Assembly: GCA_044222225.1 (NCBI GenBank)
Contig: JBGANR010000020.1
Span: 15,768 to 79,767 of the forward strand
Direction of reading: 5' to 3'
Source: Mycobacteriaceae bacterium
GTDB lineage: Bacteria > Actinomycetota > Actinomycetes > Mycobacteriales > Mycobacteriaceae
Length of the DNA stretch: 64,000 nucleotides
In this document: positions 26,901-35,633 of the stretch, piece after piece
How the letters are laid out: each line of letters starts with the position of its first letter
Numbering within the stretch: the first letter of the stretch is position 1
Notes under the pieces: model-generated
Database searches by the model: none
Told to the model about the DNA's origin: nothing
The model's input: only the letters and a program-made list of their open reading frames with translations
Program-made: the position numbers and the translations under genes

Positions 26901-28169
26901 GTGAGTCGACGGCGTGACGGCGGGTCTTCGCGACCGGACGTCGATCAGCCCGGCCTGTTCGATCAGCCGGGTCTGTTCGACATCCCGGGAACCGTCGAAT
27001 CGCCCGCGGTCGACGACGCGCCGTCGGCCGGTGTGGCCGACTCCGTGCGCTTCGTCCACATCGCCGACGCGCAACTCGGCATGACGCGGCGGTTCCTCGG
27101 TGCCGAAGCACAGGCGCGATTCGCCGACGCGAGGCTGTCGGCGTTGGCGCGGGTGGGCGCGCTGGCGGCGTCGGCCGGGGCGGAGTTCGTCGTCGCCGCG
27201 GGCGACGTCTTCGACGCCAATCTCCTGCCGGGCACGGTCGTGCGCCGCGCGCTGGACGTGCTCGCCGGTTTCGACGTGCCGGTGTTCGTGCTGCCGGGCA
27301 ACCACGATCCGTACGACGGTGCGAGCGTCTATCGCTCCGAGGTGTTCCGCGAGGCCTGCCCACCGGGAGTCCGGGTGCTCGCCGACGGCGAGCCGGTCGT
27401 GGTGCGTCCCGGCGTCGAGGTCGTCGGTGCGCCGTGGCACTCCAAGGTCCCGTCGGCGGAGCCGACCGGTGCCACGCTGTCGGCGTTGGAGCCCACGGAC
27501 GGGGTGCGTGTCCTCGTCGCGCACGGCGCCGTCGACGTGCTCGAGCCGGGGGCGTCGTCCTCGGCCGTCGTCGTCGCGGACGTGGAGGCGGCGCTGGCCG
27601 CCGGCGTCGTGCAGTACGCCGCGCTCGGCGACCGTCATTCCGTGACGTCGGTCGGCGATACGGGCCGGATCTGGTATTCGGGTGCACCCGAGGTGACGGC
27701 CTTCGACGACAGGGAGAGCGATTCGGGGCACGCGCTGCTGGTGGACCTCTCGCGGGAACGGGTGCGCGTCGAACGGCATCGGGTCGGCCGGTGGCGGTTC
27801 CGCCGCGTGCGGGCGGACGTCGCCGACAGCGCGGGGTTGCGTCGCGTCGTCGCCGAGCTGGAGGCGATGGCGGACAAGCCCGAGACGGTCGTCTCGCTTG
27901 CCGTGCGGGGCGTCGTCACCGTGGCCGAGCAGGCCGAGTTCGACGCCGCGATCGAGGCGTTCGGCGAGCGGTTCGCGGCGATCCACGTCTGGCGCCGGCA
28001 TCACGATCTTCGGGCCATGCCGGACTTATCGGAGTTCGCCGACCTGGGGTTGCGTGGCTTCGCGGCGGCCGCCGTCGCCGATCTCGTCGCGCGTGGCACG
28101 GACGGCGACGACGCTGCGACCGATGCGCTCGGTCTGCTCTACCGGCTGCGGGCGGAGGTCGCGCGATGA
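26901..28169 (+). CDS. SbcD/Mre11-like metallophosphoesterase (DNA-repair-exonuclease family)
   Basis: Motifs VRFVHIADAQLG, AAGDVFD, VLPGNHD and LVAHG. GTG at 26901 has the best RBS (GAGGGTGAGGGG); the GTG at 27045 would give the canonical N-terminus MRFVH. Stop overlaps the ATG of the downstream ATPase gene (ATGA). Confidence 0.7.
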   Translation: MSRRRDGGSSRPDVDQPGLFDQPGLFDIPGTVESPAVDDAPSAGVADSVRFVHIADAQLGMTRRFLGAEAQARFADARLSALARVGALAASAGAEFVVAAGDVFDANLLPGTVVRRALDVLAGFDVPVFVLPGNHDPYDGASVYRSEVFREACPPGVRVLADGEPVVVRPGVEVVGAPWHSKVPSAEPTGATLSALEPTDGVRVLVAHGAVDVLEPGASSSAVVVADVEAALAAGVVQYAALGDRHSVTSVGDTGRIWYSGAPEVTAFDDRESDSGHALLVDLSRERVRVERHRVGRWRFRRVRADVADSAGLRRVVAELEAMADKPETVVSLAVRGVVTVAEQAEFDAAIEAFGERFAAIHVWRRHHDLRAMPDLSEFADLGLRGFAAAAVADLVARGTDGDDAATDALGLLYRLRAEVAR

Positions 28170-30805
28170 AACTGCATCGATTGGCGGTCCGCGATTTCCG
28201 CGGGGTGGCGACGCGGTCCGTCGATTTTCCGGATGACGGCGTCGTCGTCTTGCAGGGACGCAACGAGGTGGGCAAGTCGTCGCTGGTGGAGGCCCTCGAT
28301 CTGCTGCTGCACACCCGATCGGACTCGACCGCCAAGCGTGTCCGGGACGTCGCACCGCGTGGTCGCGACGTCGGCACGCGCGTCGAGGCGGAGATCACCT
28401 GCGGGCCGCACCGGTTCCACTACGCCAAGCAGTTCAACCGGGGGATGGCGACGGAGCTCGCCGTGTTGCGACCGCAGCCGCGGCAGCTCACCGGGCGGGA
28501 GGCGCACGACTGGGTCGCCGACGTGCTGTCGACGCATGCGGATCCGGATCTGCTGCGGGCTCTGCAGTTCCTCCAGGCCGACGCGCCGACGGCCGACGGC
28601 CTGGGAGGTTCGGCGGCGCTGTCGCGGGCGCTCGACGTCGCCGCGGGCCGGATGGGTGACGACGGCGAGGGCGGCGACCTGCTGGCGGGCGTCGAGGAGG
28701 AGTACCTGCGCTACTACACGCCGACGGGGCGTGAGGCGCGGGAGTTGGCTGAGGCCCGTTCCGCGGTGGTGGCGGCGCGGGCCGAGGTCGCCGCAGCGGA
28801 CGCGGCGGTCCAGGAGGTCGCCCAACTGCTGTCCGACCTCGCGGCGGCGCAGGAGCGGGTGCGGCGGCTCGGGGAGCGGGCCCACGACGTCAAGGGCAGG
28901 CGTGGCGTCGCGGGCCAGGCGCGCGAGGACGTCGAAGGCGGTCGCAGGCGCGCAGAGCACGCCGCCGGTGATGCCAGACTGCGGCACGCCGAACTGACGA
29001 CGGCGGCCGAGCGGGTCCGCCGGCGCGACGAGCTGATGGCCGCGCGGGAGCGAGCCGCAGCGGATCTCGACGCCGCTCGCGGCGAGGCGGAGCGTCTCGA
29101 TCGGGACATCGAGGCGGCCACCGAGGCGCGCGGCGAGGCCGAGCGCCTGGCCGGCGCCGCCGCGCGGGCGGAGATCGCGGCACGCGCCGACCTGACGCGT
29201 GCGCGCGCGGACGTCCGGATGCTCGGGCTCGCGGCCGAGGCGGACGCCGCACGTGCGCAGATCGCCGAGGTCTCGGCGCTCGTCGCCAGGCTGTCGACGC
29301 TCGATGGCCGCCTGGCGGCGGACCGTGCGACGGATGCCCGGCTGCGCCGGCTGCGGGAGGCGGATCGGGAGTGCGACATGCTCGCCGCCCAGCTTCAGGT
29401 GGCGAGCGTCGGCGTCGTCGTGACGGCCGCCGACGGGGGCGAGGTCGTCATCGGCGGCGAGCGGGTCGAACTCGACGGCTCGGCCGGCGCGGAGCGACGC
29501 GTCGCTCGACCGACGGAGATCGAACTGCCCGGCGGCTTCGTCGTCACCGTACGTCCCGCCGAACAGACGGAACGGCTGGCCGAGCGCCTCGCCGACGCCG
29601 ACGCGCGCCGGGCCGAACTGGTCGCCGATGCGGGCGCCGAGAGCGCCGCGGCGGCCGAGGCCGCGAATTCGCGGCGTCGAGCGCTTGTCGCGGATCGCAA
29701 CGAGGTGAGCCGACGGCTCGCGGCGTTCGGTGGAAACGCGGCGATCATGCGGCTGCGGTCGGCGGCCGCAACGGCGGACAAGGCGCTGGAGAACGCGCGC
29801 CTCGTCCGCGACACGTCCGCGGCGCTGCCGGCGGACGCCGACGAGGCGGAGGCGGTGGAGGCGGCCGCCGGCGCCGTGTTCGCAGACGAGCGGGAGACGC
29901 TGGGTTCCGCTCGGTCGGCGGCGTCCGCGGCGCGCGAGCGGGTGTCCGATCTGGTCGAACGGCGAGAGGAACTGCGGCGACGACTCGCCGAACTCGAACG
30001 ACGGGCCGCCGGTGAGGCGTCCGTGGAGGGGAAGGCCGAGCCCGGCGATGACCGGTCCGATGCCGGCCTCGACGCCGCGTTGGCGGAGGCCCGAGCGGCC
30101 CACGAAGCCGCCGCGGCGGCGGCCGAGACGGCCCGCGCCGCCCTGGCCGCGCGCGATCCGGAGGCGGTCGAGCGCGAGTTCGCGGCGGCTGACGCGGCGC
30201 TGGAGGAATGGCGTGTCGAGTGCGAGATCGCCGAGCGCCGAGTCGCCGGCCTGCGGGCCACGATCGCCTTCGCCGGCAATGAGGGACGTCAGGAGCACGC
30301 CGGACTCGCGGCCGCGACGGCTTTCGCGGCGGAGGAGCGGCTGACTGGCGTCGAGCGCCGCGCGCGGGCCGTCACCGCGCTGCGCGAGACGTTGCTGCGG
30401 CACCGCGACGAGGTACGCGCGTCGTACGTCACTCCGTTCGCACGGCAGATCGAGGAGCTCGGCCGTCCGGTTTTCGGCGAGGACTTCCAGGTCGAGGTGG
30501 ACGACGACCTCACCATCCGGTCCCGGACGCTCGGCGGCGTCACCGTCGAGTTCGACCAGCTCTCGGGCGGCGCGCAGGAGCAGCTGGGCATTCTCGCCAG
30601 GCTGGCGTGCGCCGTGCTGGTCGATGCGGACGAGGGCGCGCCGGTCGTCATCGACGACGCTCTCGGTTACAGCGACCCGGACCGGCTCGCGTCGATGGGC
30701 CGCGTCCTGTCGACGGCCGCCGGACGCGCACAGGTCATCGTGCTGACCTGCGATCCGACCCGTTACGCGTCCGTGACGTCGGCGAAGGTCGTTCAGCTCG
30801 CCTGA
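28166..30805 (+). CDS. SbcC/SMC-like AAA ATPase with long coiled coil (nuclease SbcCD subunit C family)
   Basis: 879 aa. N-terminal Walker A (LQGRNEVGKSSLVEAL), about 600 aa of Ala/Arg/Glu-rich predicted coiled coil, then C-terminal ABC signature and Walker B (LSGGAQEQLGILARLA...VVIDDALGYSD). Confidence 0.75.
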   Translation: MKLHRLAVRDFRGVATRSVDFPDDGVVVLQGRNEVGKSSLVEALDLLLHTRSDSTAKRVRDVAPRGRDVGTRVEAEITCGPHRFHYAKQFNRGMATELAVLRPQPRQLTGREAHDWVADVLSTHADPDLLRALQFLQADAPTADGLGGSAALSRALDVAAGRMGDDGEGGDLLAGVEEEYLRYYTPTGREARELAEARSAVVAARAEVAAADAAVQEVAQLLSDLAAAQERVRRLGERAHDVKGRRGVAGQAREDVEGGRRRAEHAAGDARLRHAELTTAAERVRRRDELMAARERAAADLDAARGEAERLDRDIEAATEARGEAERLAGAAARAEIAARADLTRARADVRMLGLAAEADAARAQIAEVSALVARLSTLDGRLAADRATDARLRRLREADRECDMLAAQLQVASVGVVVTAADGGEVVIGGERVELDGSAGAERRVARPTEIELPGGFVVTVRPAEQTERLAERLADADARRAELVADAGAESAAAAEAANSRRRALVADRNEVSRRLAAFGGNAAIMRLRSAAATADKALENARLVRDTSAALPADADEAEAVEAAAGAVFADERETLGSARSAASAARERVSDLVERREELRRRLAELERRAAGEASVEGKAEPGDDRSDAGLDAALAEARAAHEAAAAAAETARAALAARDPEAVEREFAAADAALEEWRVECEIAERRVAGLRATIAFAGNEGRQEHAGLAAATAFAAEERLTGVERRARAVTALRETLLRHRDEVRASYVTPFARQIEELGRPVFGEDFQVEVDDDLTIRSRTLGGVTVEFDQLSGGAQEQLGILARLACAVLVDADEGAPVVIDDALGYSDPDRLASMGRVLSTAAGRAQVIVLTCDPTRYASVTSAKVVQLA

Positions 30806-30834
30806 CCGGCGCGGCCTGAGACGGGGAGTCGACG

Positions 30835-31611
30835 ATGATCGTGGAGCTGAAGACGGCCGGCGAGATCGAGGCGATGGCGGCGGCCGGTGCCGTCGTCGCC
30901 GAATGCCTGGCGGCGGCGCGGGCGGCCGCCGTCCCGGGGGCGTCGACAGCCGATCTCGACGCCGCCGCTGCGGCCGTCATGGCCGCTCGGGGCGCCACGC
31001 CCGCGTTCCGCGGTTATCACCCGGGATGGGCGCCGACGCCGTTCCCCGGCGTCGTCTGCGTATCGGTCGACGACGCCGTCGTCCACGGCATTCCGCGGGT
31101 CGACGCGGTGCTGCGCGACGGTGATCTCGTCAGCATCGACTGCGGCGCGTTCGTCGACGGTTGGTGCGGTGACGCCGCCGTCAGTGTCATCGTCGGCACG
31201 CCCGCGCCTGCAGACGTGGCCCTTGTCGCCGCGACCGAACGTGCGTTGGCCGCGGGCATCGAGGCCGCACGGCCGGGCGGCAGGATGGGTGACATCGGCG
31301 CCGCGATCGACGCCGTCGCCCGCGCCGCGGGCGTCGGCAATCTCGACGACCACGGTGGTCACGGCATCGGACGCGCGATGCACGAGGCGCCGTCGGTGCC
31401 GAACGTCGGCCGACGCGGCGAAGGCCTACGCCTCGTGCCCGGACTCGTCATCGCGATCGAGCCGATGTTCCTGGCCGGGGGATCGGGCGCCTACCGGCAC
31501 GACGCGGACGGCTGGACGATCCGCTCCCGGGACGGCTCACGTGCCGCGCACGCCGAGCACACGGTGGCGATCACGCCGACCGGCCCGCGAGTGCTGACCG
31601 AACGAGGCTAG
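30835..31611 (+). CDS. map: type I methionine aminopeptidase
   Basis: 258 aa. Metal-binding residues in a conserved layout (DCGAFVDGWCGD; HGGHGIG; IAIEPM). Confidence 0.85.
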   Translation: MIVELKTAGEIEAMAAAGAVVAECLAAARAAAVPGASTADLDAAAAAVMAARGATPAFRGYHPGWAPTPFPGVVCVSVDDAVVHGIPRVDAVLRDGDLVSIDCGAFVDGWCGDAAVSVIVGTPAPADVALVAATERALAAGIEAARPGGRMGDIGAAIDAVARAAGVGNLDDHGGHGIGRAMHEAPSVPNVGRRGEGLRLVPGLVIAIEPMFLAGGSGAYRHDADGWTIRSRDGSRAAHAEHTVAITPTGPRVLTERG

Positions 31612-32393
31612 GCCCGCTCGACGTCACCGGAGCGCCGGTCTACGTTCGTGCGTTCGAGGAATCGCAGCAGCTCCACCGGGAACGGCAGCACGAGCGTCGA
31701 GTTCTTCTCCGAGGCCACTTGCACGACGGTCTCCAGCAACCGCAGCTGCATCGCGCCCGGCGCGTCCTCCATCACCTTGGCGGCCTCCGCGAGTTTCTGC
31801 GACGCCTGGAACTCGCCGTCCGCGGAGATCACCCGGGCGCGACGGTCCCGTTCGGCCTCCGCCTGCCGGGACATCGACCGCTTCATGGTCTCGGGCAGCG
31901 CCACGTCCTTGATCTCGACGCGATCGATGTGCACACCCCAGCCCAGCGCGGGGGAGTCGATCATGATCTCCAGGCCCTGGTTCAGCCGTTCCCGGTCGGA
32001 GAGCAGGTCGTCGAGGTCGCTCTTGCCGATGATGGAGCGCAGCGACGTCTGCGCCACCTGCCCGACGGCGAACCGGTAGTCCTCGACCGTCACGACGGCG
32101 GCCACCGGATCGACCACCTGGAAGTAGACGACGGCGTCGACCCGGACGGTCACGTTGTCGCGGGTGATGCCGTCCTGCGCGGGCACCGGCATGGTGACGA
32201 TCTGCATGTTGACCTTCTCCATGTGGTCGGCGATCGGCAACATGAGCTGTAGTCCCGGGGCGCGCACTCCATCGCGGACCTTGCCGAAGCGGAACACGAG
32301 CCCGCGCTCGTATTGCCGCACCACGCGCATGCTCGACGAGGCCGAGATCGCGGTGATGAGCAGAATCGTCAGCAGTACATAGATCGCGATCAT
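31608..32393 (-). CDS. SPFH/band-7 (stomatin/prohibitin-like) membrane protein
   Basis: N-terminal TM helix (IAIYVLLTILLITAIS) followed by a band-7 domain (VVRQYERGLVFRFGK...). Confidence 0.8.
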   Translation of the reverse strand: MIAIYVLLTILLITAISASSSMRVVRQYERGLVFRFGKVRDGVRAPGLQLMLPIADHMEKVNMQIVTMPVPAQDGITRDNVTVRVDAVVYFQVVDPVAAVVTVEDYRFAVGQVAQTSLRSIIGKSDLDDLLSDRERLNQGLEIMIDSPALGWGVHIDRVEIKDVALPETMKRSMSRQAEAERDRRARVISADGEFQASQKLAEAAKVMEDAPGAMQLRLLETVVQVASEKNSTLVLPFPVELLRFLERTNVDRRSGDVERA

Positions 32394-33220
32394 GGCGCGC
32401 CTCCAGCCGAACTCACGATCGATGCTACGCCCGCCGACATCTCTGACGGAGGTCTGAATGAGGCCGTGGAGCGCCGTTCAGACCGGCGAGTTCGAGCCGG
32501 GATCGGTCGGGCGAGGACGGCGAGATATGCATTCAGGGAACCGGCGGCGTCGAGCATCGCGATCCCCTGTTCGGTGTGTCTGCATCGCCAATCGTCCAGC
32601 GTTCGCGACAGTTCTTCGGTGCCGCCGGCCGTACGGATCTGCTGGATCACCATGGCGATCTGGTCCAGCAGACGGCCCCCGCGCCTGAGCAGATGAGCGA
32701 GTTCGGCGTCGCGGACGTCGTCCTCGCCGTAGACGCGGTAACCCGTGCTCGGGTCGCGTCGGGGGACCAAGATCCCGTTCCGCTCCCAAACTCGCAGCGT
32801 CGCCGGGTCGAGGCCGAGCCGGTGGGCCAGGTCGCCGATGGTGAGGACGCGGGGGCCGGCTCTCGTACGACGAGGATCGGCCGGGGCGTTCGCCGTCAGG
32901 TGCTCGACCGCCCGCCGTGCCGCGTCGAGGGTCTTCCGGTCACGGTGCATCTGTTCGTGGCCGGCGTCGATGACGGCGAGGGCTTCGCCGATGTCACCTC
33001 CGTGCACCGCCCTCATGATCTGGCCGCCCGCGGCGTGGCCGTAACCCCGGACGAGTGCGAGATAGGTGCGGAGGGCCGTGGCGTGGACCCGCGTGTAGAC
33101 CCGGTACCCGGATGCCGTCCGCTCTGTCGGTGGGAGGCACCCGGCGTGCTGGTAGTTGCGGACAGCCTGGGTCGAGATACCGTGTTCCCGAGCGAGGTCG
33201 ACCGGTCGCAGGCCACTCAT
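32390..33220 (-). CDS. MerR-family transcriptional regulator with two tandem MerR-type HTH domains
   Basis: Two HTH_MerR-like segments: residues 5-50 (VDLAREHGISTQAVRNYQHAG...YRVY) and residues 128-180 (LTIGDLAHRLGLDPATLRVWERNGILVP...YRVY). Overlaps the band-7 gene start by 4 nt. Confidence 0.7.
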   Translation of the reverse strand: MSGLRPVDLAREHGISTQAVRNYQHAGCLPPTERTASGYRVYTRVHATALRTYLALVRGYGHAAGGQIMRAVHGGDIGEALAVIDAGHEQMHRDRKTLDAARRAVEHLTANAPADPRRTRAGPRVLTIGDLAHRLGLDPATLRVWERNGILVPRRDPSTGYRVYGEDDVRDAELAHLLRRGGRLLDQIAMVIQQIRTAGGTEELSRTLDDWRCRHTEQGIAMLDAAGSLNAYLAVLARPIPARTRRSERRSTASFRPPSEMSAGVASIVSSAGGAP

Positions 33221-33301
33221 GACTTTGAGACTTTACCGGTGCCGGTCGCGATGAAACGACGTCAAGTATCAATCGGTCGTTCAGCGATACGATTCAGTCA
33301 C

Positions 33302-34549
33302 ATGAGTGATCATGTCAGCGGCGCGTGGCGCCGGAACGTCATCCTGTTCCTGGCCGGGCAGACGGTCTCCCTGTTCGGTTCGATGATCGTGCAGTACGTC
33401 GTCATGTGGCACATCGCGCTCGAAACCCGTTCCGGCATGACTCTCGGGCTCTTCATGCTCGCGGCCTTCGCGCCCCAGGGAGTGATGTCGATCCTCGGGG
33501 GAGTACTGGCCGACAGGATGGATCGCAAACGGCTCATCATCGCCGCCGACACCACGATCGCGGCTGTCACCATCGCTCTCGCCATCCTGATGACGGCGGG
33601 GATCACCGACCTGTGGCTCATCCTCGGCGCCGTCGCGATCCGCTCACTCGGCGCCGGTGTCCAGACCCCGACCGTGCAGGCGCTGATTCCGCAGCTCGCA
33701 CCGACCGAGCAGTTGATGCGGGTCAACGGCGTGTTCATGACCATCAACTCGGCCACGGCCCTGCTGGCGCCCGCCGCGGGCGCGGCGGTCTATGCATGGG
33801 CCGGCCTCGTCTCCGCGTTCTATCTCGACGCTGTGACGGCCGTCATCGGCATCGGATTCCTGCTGCTCGTCACGGTGCCGTCGTCGATCCGGGATCTTGG
33901 CGACGCGCCGACCTATCGCAGGGACCTTGCGGACGGGATGCGCTACATCGCCACGAACGTCGTCGTCCGCTGGCTCATCGTCGTCCTTGCACTGCTCTTC
34001 GTCCTGACACAGGCGCCGGCGTGGGTGGTCTCGCCGCTGTTGATCGCCGAGAATTTCGGACCCGAGGCCTGGATGCTCGCCGTCGTGCAGACCGCGTCCA
34101 GTGTCGGAACGATGCTCGGCGGCGTCCTCGTCTCGACCGCCCTTGTGAACCGGAGTCGCGCCGGCCTGCTCATCGGCGCGGCCTACGGCATCGCCGTCTG
34201 CACGGCCGCTCTCGGACTGAGCCCCGCCCTCTGGCTGTTCTGCCTCGTCACCTTTCTGTTCGGCCTCGCGATCCCGGTCTTCTCGGCACCGTTCATGACC
34301 CTCATCCAGCAGAATGTCGAACCGGGCATGCTCGGCCGCGTCTTCAGTTACGTCAGCATCGCGATGACGCTGTCGACGCCGACCGGGGTCATCGTCTTCG
34401 GCCCACTCGCCGATGCCGCCGGCCTGCGCGGGATCCTCATCGGTTCCGGCATGCTTTTCGCCGCCGTCCTCTCGGTCGCCGTCGCACTACCGTCCGGTCG
34501 GGCGACGCTGGCGGCGGCGAAGGACACAGGACTCCGTGATCGGAGATGA
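33302..34549 (+). CDS. MFS transporter (12 TM; enterobactin-exporter/DHA3-like)
   Basis: 415 aa from the ATG at 33302; about 12 hydrophobic helices and the MFS loop motif GVLADRMDRKR. The track's ORF start at 32576 is an antisense read-through over the merR gene. Confidence 0.75.
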   Translation: MSDHVSGAWRRNVILFLAGQTVSLFGSMIVQYVVMWHIALETRSGMTLGLFMLAAFAPQGVMSILGGVLADRMDRKRLIIAADTTIAAVTIALAILMTAGITDLWLILGAVAIRSLGAGVQTPTVQALIPQLAPTEQLMRVNGVFMTINSATALLAPAAGAAVYAWAGLVSAFYLDAVTAVIGIGFLLLVTVPSSIRDLGDAPTYRRDLADGMRYIATNVVVRWLIVVLALLFVLTQAPAWVVSPLLIAENFGPEAWMLAVVQTASSVGTMLGGVLVSTALVNRSRAGLLIGAAYGIAVCTAALGLSPALWLFCLVTFLFGLAIPVFSAPFMTLIQQNVEPGMLGRVFSYVSIAMTLSTPTGVIVFGPLADAAGLRGILIGSGMLFAAVLSVAVALPSGRATLAAAKDTGLRDRR

Positions 34550-34550
34550 C

Positions 34551-34585
34551 AAAAACCCCTGACCCGTATGAATACGGGTCAGGGG
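34551..34585 (-). terminator. intrinsic terminator for tRNA-Arg (14-bp perfect stem followed by U-run on the minus strand); also closes the MFS gene
   Basis: CCCCTGACCCGTAT-GA-ATACGGGTCAGGGG at 34556-34585, with AAAAA at 34551-34555 on the plus strand (a T-run after the hairpin on the minus strand). Confidence 0.7.
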
Positions 34586-34591
34586 TATGTG

Positions 34592-34664
34592 TGCCCTCGG
34601 CAGGATTCGAACCTGCGACCTTCTGCTCCGGAGGCAGACGCTCTATCCCCTGAGCTACGAAGGC
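34592..34664 (-). tRNA. tRNA-Arg (anticodon CCG)
   Basis: 73-nt cloverleaf read on the minus strand: acceptor GCCTTCG/CGAGGGC, D-arm GCTC-AGGGGATA-GAGC, anticodon arm TCTGC-CTCCGGA-GCAGA (anticodon CCG), T-arm GCAGG-TTCGAAT-CCTGC, discriminator A. CCA is not encoded. Confidence 0.85.
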
Positions 34665-34849
34665 GGGGGGCCGTTGGCCGGAAGTCAGCCTATCTGACAC
34701 CTCGCGGCGGCGCAAAACACCTGGTCGGAGCCGAATCGGCGGCGCGGACCGAGGGCGGCGGCGGGCGGCATCGCTCGCGCGCACGCCCCGACGATGACGG
34801 CCACGGCGATCCAAAGCGTCGCCACCGGGCCACCCAAGAACATCATCTG

Positions 34850-35632
34850 TCAGTTCATCGGCAGTTCGGGGGCGCGACGATCGGCGAGCAGACCGCGCAT
34901 GAGCGTCGACTCCTGGCCCTGGACGCTGATGATCGACGTCGCGAGGTTCCGGACGGCGTCGACCTTGGCGTTGGCGGCCGCATATTCGGCCATCGGCACA
35001 CCGCCGAGGTGGTGCCGCAGCATGAGTTGCAGGAAGAGGACATCCGCCTCGGCTCCCCGCAACCCCCGCAGTCGGGCGATGTCCGACGGCGTCGCCATGC
35101 CCGGCATCTCCGGGGTCTCCGCGCCGGGCGCGGCGGGTGTCGACGGCATGGCGTGGTCGTGGTGGTGCCCGTCGCCCTCGGCGCCGGTCATCCACGCCAT
35201 GTACGTGCCGCCGACGCCGGTCCCCGACAGCCCCCACAGCGCGAGCCAGCCCTGCATCCGGCCGATCTGCTCCTGCTGCGTGGTGAGGATGTCGTAGGCG
35301 ATGGCCTTGATCCGGGCGTCGGCGCCGTTGGTCAGCTCGATCGCCGCCATCTCGACGGCCTGCTTGTGATGCACGGTCATGTCGCGGTTGAAGCCCACGT
35401 CGACGCTGTCGCCGGCCGGCACGGCGGCGACGGGAGGGGAGTCGTCCCTGCTCAGCGCGACGCCGACGGCCGCTCCGATCCCCATGCCGATGACAAGCAG
35501 CGCGATGGCCGCCAGCACCGCCAGCGCGGGGAGTTGCCGACGCGCCGACGACGGCCCGGCAGCCTCGGTCGCCACCCCGGCGTCGGCGTCCGAAGCACCG
35601 GTATCCGAAACCGCTCCGTCCCCGTCACTCAC
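34850..35632 (-). CDS. DUF305-family membrane-anchored protein (His-rich; copper-resistance-associated family)
   Basis: 260 aa with GTG start. One TM helix, then the DUF305 motif repeated (FNRDMTVHHKQAVEMA ... FLQLMLRHHLGGVPMA) and a His-rich loop (GDGHHHDHAMP). Confidence 0.6.
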   Translation of the reverse strand: MSDGDGAVSDTGASDADAGVATEAAGPSSARRQLPALAVLAAIALLVIGMGIGAAVGVALSRDDSPPVAAVPAGDSVDVGFNRDMTVHHKQAVEMAAIELTNGADARIKAIAYDILTTQQEQIGRMQGWLALWGLSGTGVGGTYMAWMTGAEGDGHHHDHAMPSTPAAPGAETPEMPGMATPSDIARLRGLRGAEADVLFLQLMLRHHLGGVPMAEYAAANAKVDAVRNLATSIISVQGQESTLMRGLLADRRAPELPMN

Positions 35633-35633
35633 G

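Noticed and set aside
27434-30805. 1123-aa ORF appearing to fuse the SbcD and SbcC regions
   Set aside because: Its first 244 codons are an out-of-frame Arg/Gly-rich read-through across the sbcD gene. The real sbcC-like gene starts at the ATG at 28166, overlapping the sbcD stop.
32576-34549. 657-aa ORF extending the MFS transporter N-terminally by 242 aa
   Set aside because: The extension runs antisense through the merR gene and is Arg/Ala-rich. The MFS protein begins at the ATG at 33302, where the first TM helix follows immediately.
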